Made by a program: the position numbers and the translations under genes. This document shows positions 57,105 through 64,000 of a DNA stretch of 64,000 bases, piece by piece. The stretch is from an uncultured archaeon (lineage in GTDB: Archaea; Altiarchaeota; Altiarchaeia; IMC4; QMZM01): NCBI GenBank assembly GCA_964549685.1, contig CAZJVE010000004.1, positions 7,700 to 71,699 of the forward strand, written 5' to 3'. The stretch's first letter is position 1. Each line of letters starts with the position of its first letter. The notes beneath the pieces were generated by a model. It worked only from the letters and a program-made list of their open reading frames with translations, did not search any database and was not told the origin of the DNA.

Positions 57105-57397
57105 ACGACTCCAGTGGACTTACGTATTCCATGATGAACGGCGCGGGACAGAGCATACACACTGTTTCATTTACCAGTGTATCTGGTGATTGTTCCGGTG
57201 CAACAATGGCTGCTGGAGTCAATGGAGCTGGAACTATGGGTAGCGGAGAGGTACTCATGGTGACCGGTACAGGCTGCGGTAGCAAGACAGCAGGTCAGTC
57301 CTTCAGTACGGTCATGACCATACAGTACAACGTAACTGTCGCTGGCTCTGACGTAATACACGCCGAGACTGGAACAATAAGGGGCGTTGCAGAATAA
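56924..57397 (+). CDS. Archaeal type IV pilin-like protein, paralog 4
   Basis: MIGRKGQGAMEYLMTYGWAILVVMIVGVVLWQ; GDCSG...GCGSKTAGQSF...ETGTIRGVAE. Confidence 0.85.
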   Translation: MIGRKGQGAMEYLMTYGWAILVVMIVGVVLWQLGIFGGGPGAVNTASGFGKIKPMEPSIKYDSSGLTYSMMNGAGQSIHTVSFTSVSGDCSGATMAAGVNGAGTMGSGEVLMVTGTGCGSKTAGQSFSTVMTIQYNVTVAGSDVIHAETGTIRGVAE

Positions 57398-57406
57398 ACC
57401 CCTTAA

Positions 57407-57432
57407 TTTTTTTCTTTTTCTTTTATTTTTCT
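57407..57432 (+). terminator. Oligo-T tract (archaeal terminator-like) after pilin paralog 4
   Basis: ttttttctttttcttttatttttctc immediately after the stop codon. Confidence 0.5.
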
Positions 57433-57440
57433 CTCATAGT

Positions 57441-57454
57441 AAGGTATTTATACT
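57441..57454 (+). promoter_or_regulatory. TATA-like promoter element aaggtatttatact for pilin paralog 5
   Basis: Duplicate of the 56861 element (1 mismatch within the 14-mer; two further mismatches lie just downstream at 57455 and 57459). Confidence 0.5.
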
Positions 57455-57460
57455 CCCTTA

Positions 57461-57684
57461 ACCATCACTATAATACCCTAATAAACAAATGAGGTGATAT
57501 ACAATGATTGGAAGAAAAGGACAGGGCGCTATGGAGTACCTGATGACCTATGGATGGGCAATCTTAGTAGTTATGATTGTCGGAGTCGTCCTATGGCAGC
57601 TGGGTATCTTCGGAGGCGGCCCAGGTGCAGTTAACACTGCAAGCGGATTTGGAAAAATTAAGCCGATGGAGCCGAGCATAAAGT
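57461..57684 (+). repeat. Second copy of the 224-nt identical pilin 5' segment
   Basis: Identical to 56881-57104. Confidence 0.9.
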
Positions 57685-57983
57685 TTACAGCCGGCGCATC
57701 AGGAGATCTTAGCTTTTCCATAATGAACGGCGTGGGACAGGCTGTACGTGAACTCAATTACACGGCAACCGGTGATTGCACCCAGGCAACCCAAACACTA
57801 ATCTCGGGCGGGACTTTGAACGCTGGAGAGGTGGACTCGGTGTCTCTGGGAGCAGCAAACTGCAACGACAAGACCGCAGGTCAGTCCTTCAGTACGGTGC
57901 TTACCATAAGGTACGCAACTACTGTTGCTGGAAATGATGTAACCCACGTAGAGACCGGAACAATAAGGGGCGTTGCAGAATAA
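57504..57983 (+). CDS. Archaeal type IV pilin-like protein, paralog 5
   Basis: The first 60 aa are identical to paralog 4. The middle is divergent. The C-terminal TAGQSFSTV and ETGTIRGVAE are conserved. Confidence 0.85.
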   Translation: MIGRKGQGAMEYLMTYGWAILVVMIVGVVLWQLGIFGGGPGAVNTASGFGKIKPMEPSIKFTAGASGDLSFSIMNGVGQAVRELNYTATGDCTQATQTLISGGTLNAGEVDSVSLGAANCNDKTAGQSFSTVLTIRYATTVAGNDVTHVETGTIRGVAE

Positions 57984-57992
57984 ACCCCTTCC

Positions 57993-58016
57993 TTTTTCTT
58001 TTTTCTTTATTTTTTA
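57993..58016 (+). terminator. Oligo-T tract after pilin paralog 5
   Basis: tttttcttttttctttatttttta following the stop codon. Confidence 0.5.
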
Positions 58017-58046
58017 ATTACCTGAGGTTAATTATTATCCTACGAG

Positions 58047-58223
58047 ATGAAACTGGATAGAGATAAATGCTGCTATTGCGGGGGATGTGTTGGCATCTGC
58101 CCCGAAAACGCAATGGAGTTGAGGGAGATTGCCCTTTGCATAGATGGGGAAAGGTGCAAGAATTGCGGGCTTTGCGCTAAATTCTGTCCGGTCGGAGCTT
58201 TAACGAAAGATGGAGATTCCTGA
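58047..58223 (+). CDS. Small 2x[4Fe-4S]-type ferredoxin (58 aa; below the ORF-track cutoff)
   Basis: My own translation: MKLDRDKCCYCGGCVGICPENAMEL...DGERCKNCGLCAKFCPVGAL. It contains two CxxCxxCxxxCP motifs and overlaps the start of the geranylgeranyl reductase by 14 nt. Confidence 0.8.
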   Translation: MKLDRDKCCYCGGCVGICPENAMELREIALCIDGERCKNCGLCAKFCPVGALTKDGDS

Positions 58224-59409
58224 TTATGATGCTGTTGTGGTGGGCGCAGGCCCTGCCGGAAGCATCGCGGCCAAATTCCTTGCCATGAATGGCGCTAAAA
58301 CCCTTGTCGTTGACAAGAAGCAGGAGATAGGGACCCCCAAGAGGTGCGCCGAGGGGATAAACCTGGGGGGCCTTGAAAAAATGGGCCTCAAGCCCGACCC
58401 CAGATGGGCGACAAACGAAATCACTGGCTCAGTTATCCACTCTCCAGGTGGTGGGAAGGTTGTCTGCAAATTCAGCAAGGGATATGTCCTGGAGAGGAAG
58501 ATATTTGAGAAGCACCTGGCAATGGACGCGATAAGGGCAGGAGCAAGGTATATGGTGAAGACCAGGGCTATCGAGGCAATAAAGGAGGGCGACAAAGTCA
58601 CAGGGATAAGGGCGGAATTCATGGGCGAGGAATTCAGCATAAATTCAAAGCTTGTAATAGCAGCGGACGGCGTGGATTCAAAAATCGCCCGGTCAGCCGG
58701 CATCAACACAACGAACAAGATGACCGACTACCACTCCGGCTTCCAGTACGAGATGGCGGGCCTTAACCTAGAGGGGCACGATACGCTGCACCTGTACTTT
58801 GGGAACGACGTAGCCCCCAAGGGCTACATCTGGATATTCCCCAAGGGCAAGGACGTAGCCAATGTGGGCATAGGAATCCTTGCCATCACATCCGAGGAGG
58901 GGAACAGGGCGAGGGACTACCTTGACAGGTTCATCGGCAACAATCCGGAGATATTCGGGAATTCAAGCCCGATTGAAATCAATACCGGGGGAATTCCAGT
59001 CAGTTCCTCGGTCGACACGTTCGTAATGGACGGCCTCATGATTGTTGGTGATGCGGCACAGCAGGTTAATCCCATCCACGGAGGAGGGATGGCGATTGCG
59101 ATGAAGGCTGCAAAGCTATGTGCTGAGGTTGGTGCGGAAGCGATAAAGGAGGACAACGTCTCAAGGGAAAGGCTCTATGAATACGAGAAGACCTGGAGAG
59201 AGACCGAGGGGGTAAAGCTGCAGAAGCTGTTCAAGCTGAGAATATTCCTTGAGAAGCTGAACGACAATGACTTTGAGAAATTCGCGGATATTCTGTCGGA
59301 AGAGGACATAGCAAAACTGACCAATGCAGAGTACAAATCCCTGCTTAAGACATTCGCGAGGAAGGCACCCAAAATTCTTCCGCTTGCCTTGAAATTCCTG
59401 TCCGGTTAA
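58210..59409 (+). CDS. Geranylgeranyl reductase family flavoprotein (digeranylgeranylglycerophospholipid reductase-like)
   Basis: YDAVVVGAGPAGSIAAKFLA..G..TLVVDKK.EIGTPKRCAEG, VGDAA..VNPIHGGG; 399 aa. Confidence 0.85.
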   Translation: MEIPDYDAVVVGAGPAGSIAAKFLAMNGAKTLVVDKKQEIGTPKRCAEGINLGGLEKMGLKPDPRWATNEITGSVIHSPGGGKVVCKFSKGYVLERKIFEKHLAMDAIRAGARYMVKTRAIEAIKEGDKVTGIRAEFMGEEFSINSKLVIAADGVDSKIARSAGINTTNKMTDYHSGFQYEMAGLNLEGHDTLHLYFGNDVAPKGYIWIFPKGKDVANVGIGILAITSEEGNRARDYLDRFIGNNPEIFGNSSPIEINTGGIPVSSSVDTFVMDGLMIVGDAAQQVNPIHGGGMAIAMKAAKLCAEVGAEAIKEDNVSRERLYEYEKTWRETEGVKLQKLFKLRIFLEKLNDNDFEKFADILSEEDIAKLTNAEYKSLLKTFARKAPKILPLALKFLSG

Positions 59410-59410
59410 A

Positions 59411-59641
59411 ATGCCCGATGAAGAAAAGATAAAGGAGGAGGGAGTGAAGCTGATAGAGGAATTCTCCAGGATGCTCGAGAAGGTTCCGGAGACGGAGGAG
59501 ACGCACTACGTCGTTGATATCCGGAACGTCACGAGAAAGGACGGAAAGCCCGTAAAGAAGAAGAAATTCCCCAAGAACCTCCGGAAGATTGTCCCGAGAC
59601 AGGAGGACGGTTATGTAGTGGCTGAGAAGGGGGTAAAATGA
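59411..59641 (+). CDS. Small GatC-like protein (weak call)
   Basis: 76 aa. A helical N-terminus, then ...VDIRNVTRKDG...P....EDGYVVAEK, resembling the GatC C-terminal pattern. No gatA or gatB lies nearby. Confidence 0.3.
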   Translation: MPDEEKIKEEGVKLIEEFSRMLEKVPETEETHYVVDIRNVTRKDGKPVKKKKFPKNLRKIVPRQEDGYVVAEKGVK

Positions 59642-59988
59642 AGAGAAACGCAATGATTCTTGCCCTGCTTGCTCTAATCCTTGTTATTGTTGCCGCATAT
59701 TTCCTGTCCACCGGCCAGGACGACTGGTGCCCCACGCGGATTGAGGACAAGGAAATTCGCGGAGAGATGCGGGAGGCGTGCCTCTCCGAATCCACCTACG
59801 ACACGGGCGAACCAAGGCTAAGGTCCTGGGAGACCCAGGACAGGGACTATATATACCAGGAATTCTATAAGAGAAATACCCTTCAGTATTCAATAACCTA
59901 CTGGACCGAGGACAACAAGAGATGTCAGGAAATCAAGCGAATCAACAACGAGTTCGTTCCTGAAGGGATAGAATGCACGGAAATCTAA
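59638..59988 (+). CDS. Hypothetical membrane-anchored protein
   Basis: N-terminal TM segment MILALLALILVIVAAYFL. ATGA overlap with the upstream gene. Confidence 0.5.
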   Translation: MKRNAMILALLALILVIVAAYFLSTGQDDWCPTRIEDKEIRGEMREACLSESTYDTGEPRLRSWETQDRDYIYQEFYKRNTLQYSITYWTEDNKRCQEIKRINNEFVPEGIECTEI

Positions 59989-59989
59989 G

Positions 59990-61207
59990 ATGGATGCAGT
60001 AGTCATGGCAGCCGGGGAAGGAACACGACTGAGGCCCCTCACATCAACGAGGCCCAAGCCGATGCTTCCAGTCGCAGGCAAACCAATCCTTGAATGGAAT
60101 CTTGAGGCACTGGCCGGGAACGGGTTCAAGAACGCCCTCCTCATTGTCGGCTACAAGAAGGAAACCATCACCGACCACTTTGGGAAGAGATTCAACGGCA
60201 TCAAGCTGAAGTACGTTGAACAGAAGGAGCAGCTCGGAACGGCCCATGCAATCTCCATGGCCGAGGGTAAAGTAGGCGATGAATTTCTTGCCATGAACGG
60301 CGATTTGATTCTCCCCAAGAAACTGATATCGGACTTCCTCTCCCGCACCCGGAAGGTAAAGGCCGTTAACAGCATCTGCCTTACACGGGTGGACAACCCC
60401 TCGCAATTCGGCATAGTGAATCTTAAGGGGAACACCGTCAGTGGCATAGTAGAAAAACCAAAGAAATCTACCAGCAACCTGGCCAATGCAGGAATCTACT
60501 CCTTCAGCTCCGAGATATTCGACGCGATAAGGGGCATTGAAAAGTCAACCCGACTCGAATACGAGATTCCCGACGCACTCAAACTCCTCATAAAGGAAAA
60601 GAAGGTCCACGGCTTCGAGTGCAAAGGCCATTGCATAGACATCGGCAGGCCATGGGACCTCCTTGATGCGAACGAGATACTGCTGAAGAATATGGAACTC
60701 AAGCCAGAGAAGGCGGAGGTCGAGAAGTTCGCCGTAATCAAGGGCCCGGTCAGGATAGGCAAGGGCACAGTGATAAAATCCGGCTCATACATAGAGGGCC
60801 CCTGCTGGATTGGGGAGAACTGCACGATAGGGCCCAGCTGCTACATAAGGCCCCATTCCTCAATCGGCAACAACGCCCACATAGGCAATGCAGTGGAAAT
60901 CAAGAATTCCATCGTGATGGACGGCACGAACATAGGCCACCTCTCATATGTCGGGGATTCAATAATCGGCGAGAGCTGCAACTTCGGGGCAGGAACGAAG
61001 GTTGCAAACCTCAGAGTTGATAATGAGGAGGTCAGGATAGAGATAAAGAACGAGCTGACAGCATCTGGAAGGAGAAAATTCGGGTGTCTCATGGGCGATG
61101 GAGTCAGGACCGGCATAAACGTCTCGATAATGCCCGGCAGGGCCATCTACCCCCACGCAAGCGTGTCCGCAGGGAGCATTGTGCGGAATACCATCTATAC
61201 TGACTAA
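59990..61207 (+). CDS. Bifunctional sugar-1-phosphate nucleotidylyltransferase / hexapeptide acetyltransferase (archaeal GlmU-like)
   Basis: VVMAAGEGTRLRPLTSTRPKPMLPVAGKPIL (NTP-transferase G-loop) plus C-terminal left-handed beta-helix hexapeptide repeats (IG.N..IG..V.I). Confidence 0.8.
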   Translation: MDAVVMAAGEGTRLRPLTSTRPKPMLPVAGKPILEWNLEALAGNGFKNALLIVGYKKETITDHFGKRFNGIKLKYVEQKEQLGTAHAISMAEGKVGDEFLAMNGDLILPKKLISDFLSRTRKVKAVNSICLTRVDNPSQFGIVNLKGNTVSGIVEKPKKSTSNLANAGIYSFSSEIFDAIRGIEKSTRLEYEIPDALKLLIKEKKVHGFECKGHCIDIGRPWDLLDANEILLKNMELKPEKAEVEKFAVIKGPVRIGKGTVIKSGSYIEGPCWIGENCTIGPSCYIRPHSSIGNNAHIGNAVEIKNSIVMDGTNIGHLSYVGDSIIGESCNFGAGTKVANLRVDNEEVRIEIKNELTASGRRKFGCLMGDGVRTGINVSIMPGRAIYPHASVSAGSIVRNTIYTD

Positions 61208-61238
61208 ATATAAGCTCCTAATCCCCTTATTATTACTA

Positions 61239-61727
61239 ATGAAATCAAAAACACTCCATTTTTTGATAATATCGCTCTTATTCTTATTCATCGTTCAATC
61301 GGCTTCGGCAGAAGACACATTGAAACCCGCGCTGGAGCAGCTCTATAACGCAATACAGCAGATTGTAGATAAGATACAGGAGATTGTCTACGGCTTCTTC
61401 CCTGGCCTCGAGGCTTCTATTGAGGGGATAAAGGCAATCTTCCTCGAATCGCCGGTACTTGAATGGTTCCCCTCAATCCAGGATTACTTCTGGCTGTTCT
61501 ATGTCGCCGCCTTCTTTGTGATAATAGCAATCCTCGCAAAGGTATGGAGCATGTCAAAGAACTTCATAATAAACTCGGTGGTCGGCATAATAATCCTGCT
61601 CATACTCATCCATTATTTCGATGTCGATATTCAGGTTACTATTCTAAAGCTAGCCATCATAGCGATTTTCGGAGTCCCGGGGGTTCTCTTCGTGCTTATC
61701 GCGCACTACTTGGGAATCCCCCTCTGA
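61239..61727 (+). CDS. Small secreted/integral membrane protein (C-terminal TM hairpin reminiscent of BofA-like proteins)
   Basis: The ATG at 61239 gives the signal-like MKSKTLHFLIISLLFLFIVQSASA, whereas the ORF-track start at 61179 overlaps the upstream gene. C-terminal segment INSVVGIIILLILIHYF...IFGVPGVLFVLIAHYLGIP. Confidence 0.55.
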   Translation: MKSKTLHFLIISLLFLFIVQSASAEDTLKPALEQLYNAIQQIVDKIQEIVYGFFPGLEASIEGIKAIFLESPVLEWFPSIQDYFWLFYVAAFFVIIAILAKVWSMSKNFIINSVVGIIILLILIHYFDVDIQVTILKLAIIAIFGVPGVLFVLIAHYLGIPL

Positions 61728-63983
61728 CTGCGCCACCTTAGGCCTCCTCTCTGGCCTCACCGTCCCTGAATCACCCTGCGACTGCTTTCTCACCTCAGGG
61801 GGCCTGGAAGTCCTCCCTGACCTCACCGCCCCGGAACCCGCCTCCGACAGCTTTGTCTTTCCTACCACCCGGGAATCCCCCCCTGACTGCTTCCTCATCC
61901 TCAGAAATACCAGAATAATTGCAATAATAAATACTGCCGCTATGGCATAATTCACGTAATCCATGTACCAGTTCCTTTTCTCGCCTATACCTGTGAAAAT
62001 GGAATCGCATTTTTCAATGCCGTTATTATCACCCAGCCCCACATACAAATCCCTGGCCTCCTTTGCATACTCCTCCGCTTTGTCATAGTCCCCCCCGTCG
62101 TAGGATTCCTTTGCCTTCCGGTAGGACTCATCCGCACGCATGTACCTGTCGGAGGAATCAATAAGCCTCTCACATACCTTGACCATTCCCTCATCTTCAA
62201 TCTCCAGGTAAATCTCCTTTGCATCCTCCGCGTACTGGCTGGAATTCTCGTACTCTCCCGCCTCGAAATGTTCCATTGCCTTATCGTACATTGACGTTGC
62301 ATCCATACGCTTCCCGCTTTTATGGATGATGGAGTCGCATTCGTCTACTTTGTCCTGGTCGTTGATTTTCAGGTAAATCTCCTTCGCCTTTTCTGCATAA
62401 GACATCGCGTCCTCGTAATTCTCCATGTCGTAGCTAACCTTCGCATCTATCAGATACTTATCAGCTGCTTTAATCTCACCCTCCATCATCTCGTCCCATC
62501 TATTACCGATGTTAGCGAGCAGGAGGTCGCAGTCCATAACTCCTCTAATAAGTCCCAGCTCATCGTATATCTCCCTTGCACTCTCGGCATAATAGGTCGC
62601 ATTGCTGAGCATGTCCTCCATGTATAATTCCTGGGCTTTACTGAAATACTCCTCCGCCAGGCCCTTCCTGTCCCCCAAAGTCCCATTCTCCCCCCAGAGG
62701 AGAAGCTTGTCGCACTTTATAACTCCTTCAGTATCTCCAAGCCTGATGAATATCTCCTTGGCAAGGGTCGCATATTCTATCAGCTCATCAAGGCCCCTGC
62801 TCGTGTAGTATTCAAGAGCCAGCTCATAGTAACCGTTCGCCTTTTCGTCATCCACGTAATCCGGGTTTATCCTGAACGAATAGAGGGCCTTGTTGGTTCC
62901 CACGAGGAGAGTTTTTTCACTTTCCCCCTGCATTACGTAAAGGGACTGCATGCTCTCACCCAGGCCGTATTCCCATTCCTCCATGAGATTATCCATGCTG
63001 TAATTCCAGTCCTGCCACAGGTCGCTGTTAATTGCGTAGATGTTCCTGTCCTTGGATGCAGTAATTATCTCTGCCTTGCCGTTCTCGTCAAAATCAGCTA
63101 TAGCTATTCCTGCAGTCACTCCTGCAAGGCTGAACCTGCTCTTCAGATTCCCCACCGAATCCAGGACGTATATCTCATCGTCCTCGGAGACCCCGACCAC
63201 CTCATTGCCGATATTTCCATCAAGGTCTGCCGCATAGACGCCCCATATCCTCCCGTCCGTTGCATAATCCCAAATCGGCCCCCCGGACGAATCAACTACT
63301 GATATGGAGCGGAACGTTCCTGCCAGAATATCGGTCAGGCCGTCCCTGTTTATATCGACCGGCATTATGTCCCAGACAGCACCCTCCAGGTCGCTCGTCC
63401 ACTCCACTGACCCATTGGTGGTAAATCTATAGATTGCAGCGTCCTCCAGGTTGGCGGCAAGAATCCCCCCATCCAGGTACTCGACGTCGTTCATCCTGCC
63501 TGCCCCCTCATGGAACCACTGCAGTTTTAATGGGTGTAGTATATCGCCGCCGACCTCCTTCGTAATCCTATCGACCCTGTAGAACTTGTGCACATTGAGC
63601 GAGCCCCAGACAAGCCAGCTCCCCACGAAGAAGTCCAGGTCCCCGTCATCATTTACATCATCGACATAGATGCCATATAATCTCTCATCGGCTGCAGTAT
63701 ATGTCGTGGCAGAATAGGTGCCCCATCCCTTAATATCAGTATCTAACTCCAGACCCCCGTCGGGTTCAAGAACATTCAGACGCAGGTAATTCTCCTTGGA
63801 ACCGTGTGATATGGAGGTGAAGGCGAATATTTCCTCTACTCCATCATCATCCCAGTCCAGAGAATATATCTTCTGCGTCTTGGCAGGATACCTCCAGTTC
63901 ACCAAGAGCGGAGGATATTCCTTCGCGACGGAGATTCCTGCAATCAAGATTATTGCAAGTAGGGTTATTATTCTCCTGTTCAT
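61650..63983 (-). CDS. Secreted FG-GAP/beta-propeller-like plus TPR-like Cys-repeat protein with a TM anchor and basic repeat tail (paralog family member 3)
   Basis: Signal peptide IITLLAIILIAGISVA. Loops DWDDDGVEEIFAF, VDDVNDDGDLDFFVGS, VDINRDGLTDILAGT, ADLDGNIGNEVVGVS and ADFDENGKAEIITAS. About 6 repeats of A..YY..A...Y....Y..A..YA..A..IY..(L/I).D..G...C(D/E). TM segment AIAAVFIIAIILVFL. Confidence 0.8.
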   Translation of the reverse strand: MNRRIITLLAIILIAGISVAKEYPPLLVNWRYPAKTQKIYSLDWDDDGVEEIFAFTSISHGSKENYLRLNVLEPDGGLELDTDIKGWGTYSATTYTAADERLYGIYVDDVNDDGDLDFFVGSWLVWGSLNVHKFYRVDRITKEVGGDILHPLKLQWFHEGAGRMNDVEYLDGGILAANLEDAAIYRFTTNGSVEWTSDLEGAVWDIMPVDINRDGLTDILAGTFRSISVVDSSGGPIWDYATDGRIWGVYAADLDGNIGNEVVGVSEDDEIYVLDSVGNLKSRFSLAGVTAGIAIADFDENGKAEIITASKDRNIYAINSDLWQDWNYSMDNLMEEWEYGLGESMQSLYVMQGESEKTLLVGTNKALYSFRINPDYVDDEKANGYYELALEYYTSRGLDELIEYATLAKEIFIRLGDTEGVIKCDKLLLWGENGTLGDRKGLAEEYFSKAQELYMEDMLSNATYYAESAREIYDELGLIRGVMDCDLLLANIGNRWDEMMEGEIKAADKYLIDAKVSYDMENYEDAMSYAEKAKEIYLKINDQDKVDECDSIIHKSGKRMDATSMYDKAMEHFEAGEYENSSQYAEDAKEIYLEIEDEGMVKVCERLIDSSDRYMRADESYRKAKESYDGGDYDKAEEYAKEARDLYVGLGDNNGIEKCDSIFTGIGEKRNWYMDYVNYAIAAVFIIAIILVFLRMRKQSGGDSRVVGKTKLSEAGSGAVRSGRTSRPPEVRKQSQGDSGTVRPERRPKVAQSEGDSQVVRDKHEENPRDSENRYDG

Positions 63984-64000
63984 CCTGATTAGGGCTCATG

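Overview
The window is an archaeal chromosomal segment. Evidence: ether-lipid genes (sn-glycerol-1-phosphate dehydrogenase, GGGP synthase, geranylgeranyl reductase with ferredoxin), aIF-2beta, ribosomal protein S8e, Pth2, archaeal-type riboflavin synthase, type II 3-dehydroquinate synthase and class III signal-peptide pilins. I cannot assign a lineage from sequence alone. I saw no rRNA, CRISPR array, transposase or integrase.

Layout:
(1) nt 1-24.2 kb is an accessory-looking cell-surface island. It holds three very large secreted, sequon-rich proteins (1329 aa, probably 5'-truncated; 4424 aa; 1636 aa) built from beta-helix, CARDB/Ig-like, carboxypeptidase-regulatory-like and lamin-tail domains, plus three protease-type modules (two HExxH, one C25 gingipain-like).
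(2) nt 24.3-32.4 kb encodes a single-pass membrane protein with a large ectodomain and a cytoplasmic HerA/FtsK-type P-loop ATPase. Directly downstream are a ParA/MinD ATPase, an 820-aa coiled-coil protein with a periodic E-W motif, and an 80-aa protein carrying one more such motif. I consider this the best candidate for an undescribed system.
(3) nt 32.4-51.6 kb is mostly housekeeping: ribB-ribC-ribH, pth2, DHQ synthase II, rps8e, isopropylmalate/citramalate synthase, Na/Pi symporter with PhoU, ilvD, lplA, galT, egsA, aIF-2beta and tRNA-Cys. Two paralogous secreted, membrane-anchored repeat proteins interrupt it.
(4) nt 51.6-58.0 kb is a type IV pilus-like locus with a split FlaJ/TadC-type platform and five tandem pilin genes. 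Two of the pilins form a recent mosaic duplicate.
(5) nt 58.0-64.0 kb carries lipid and sugar-nucleotide genes and a third paralog of the repeat-protein family.

All family calls come from motif and pattern recognition by eye. No searches were run.
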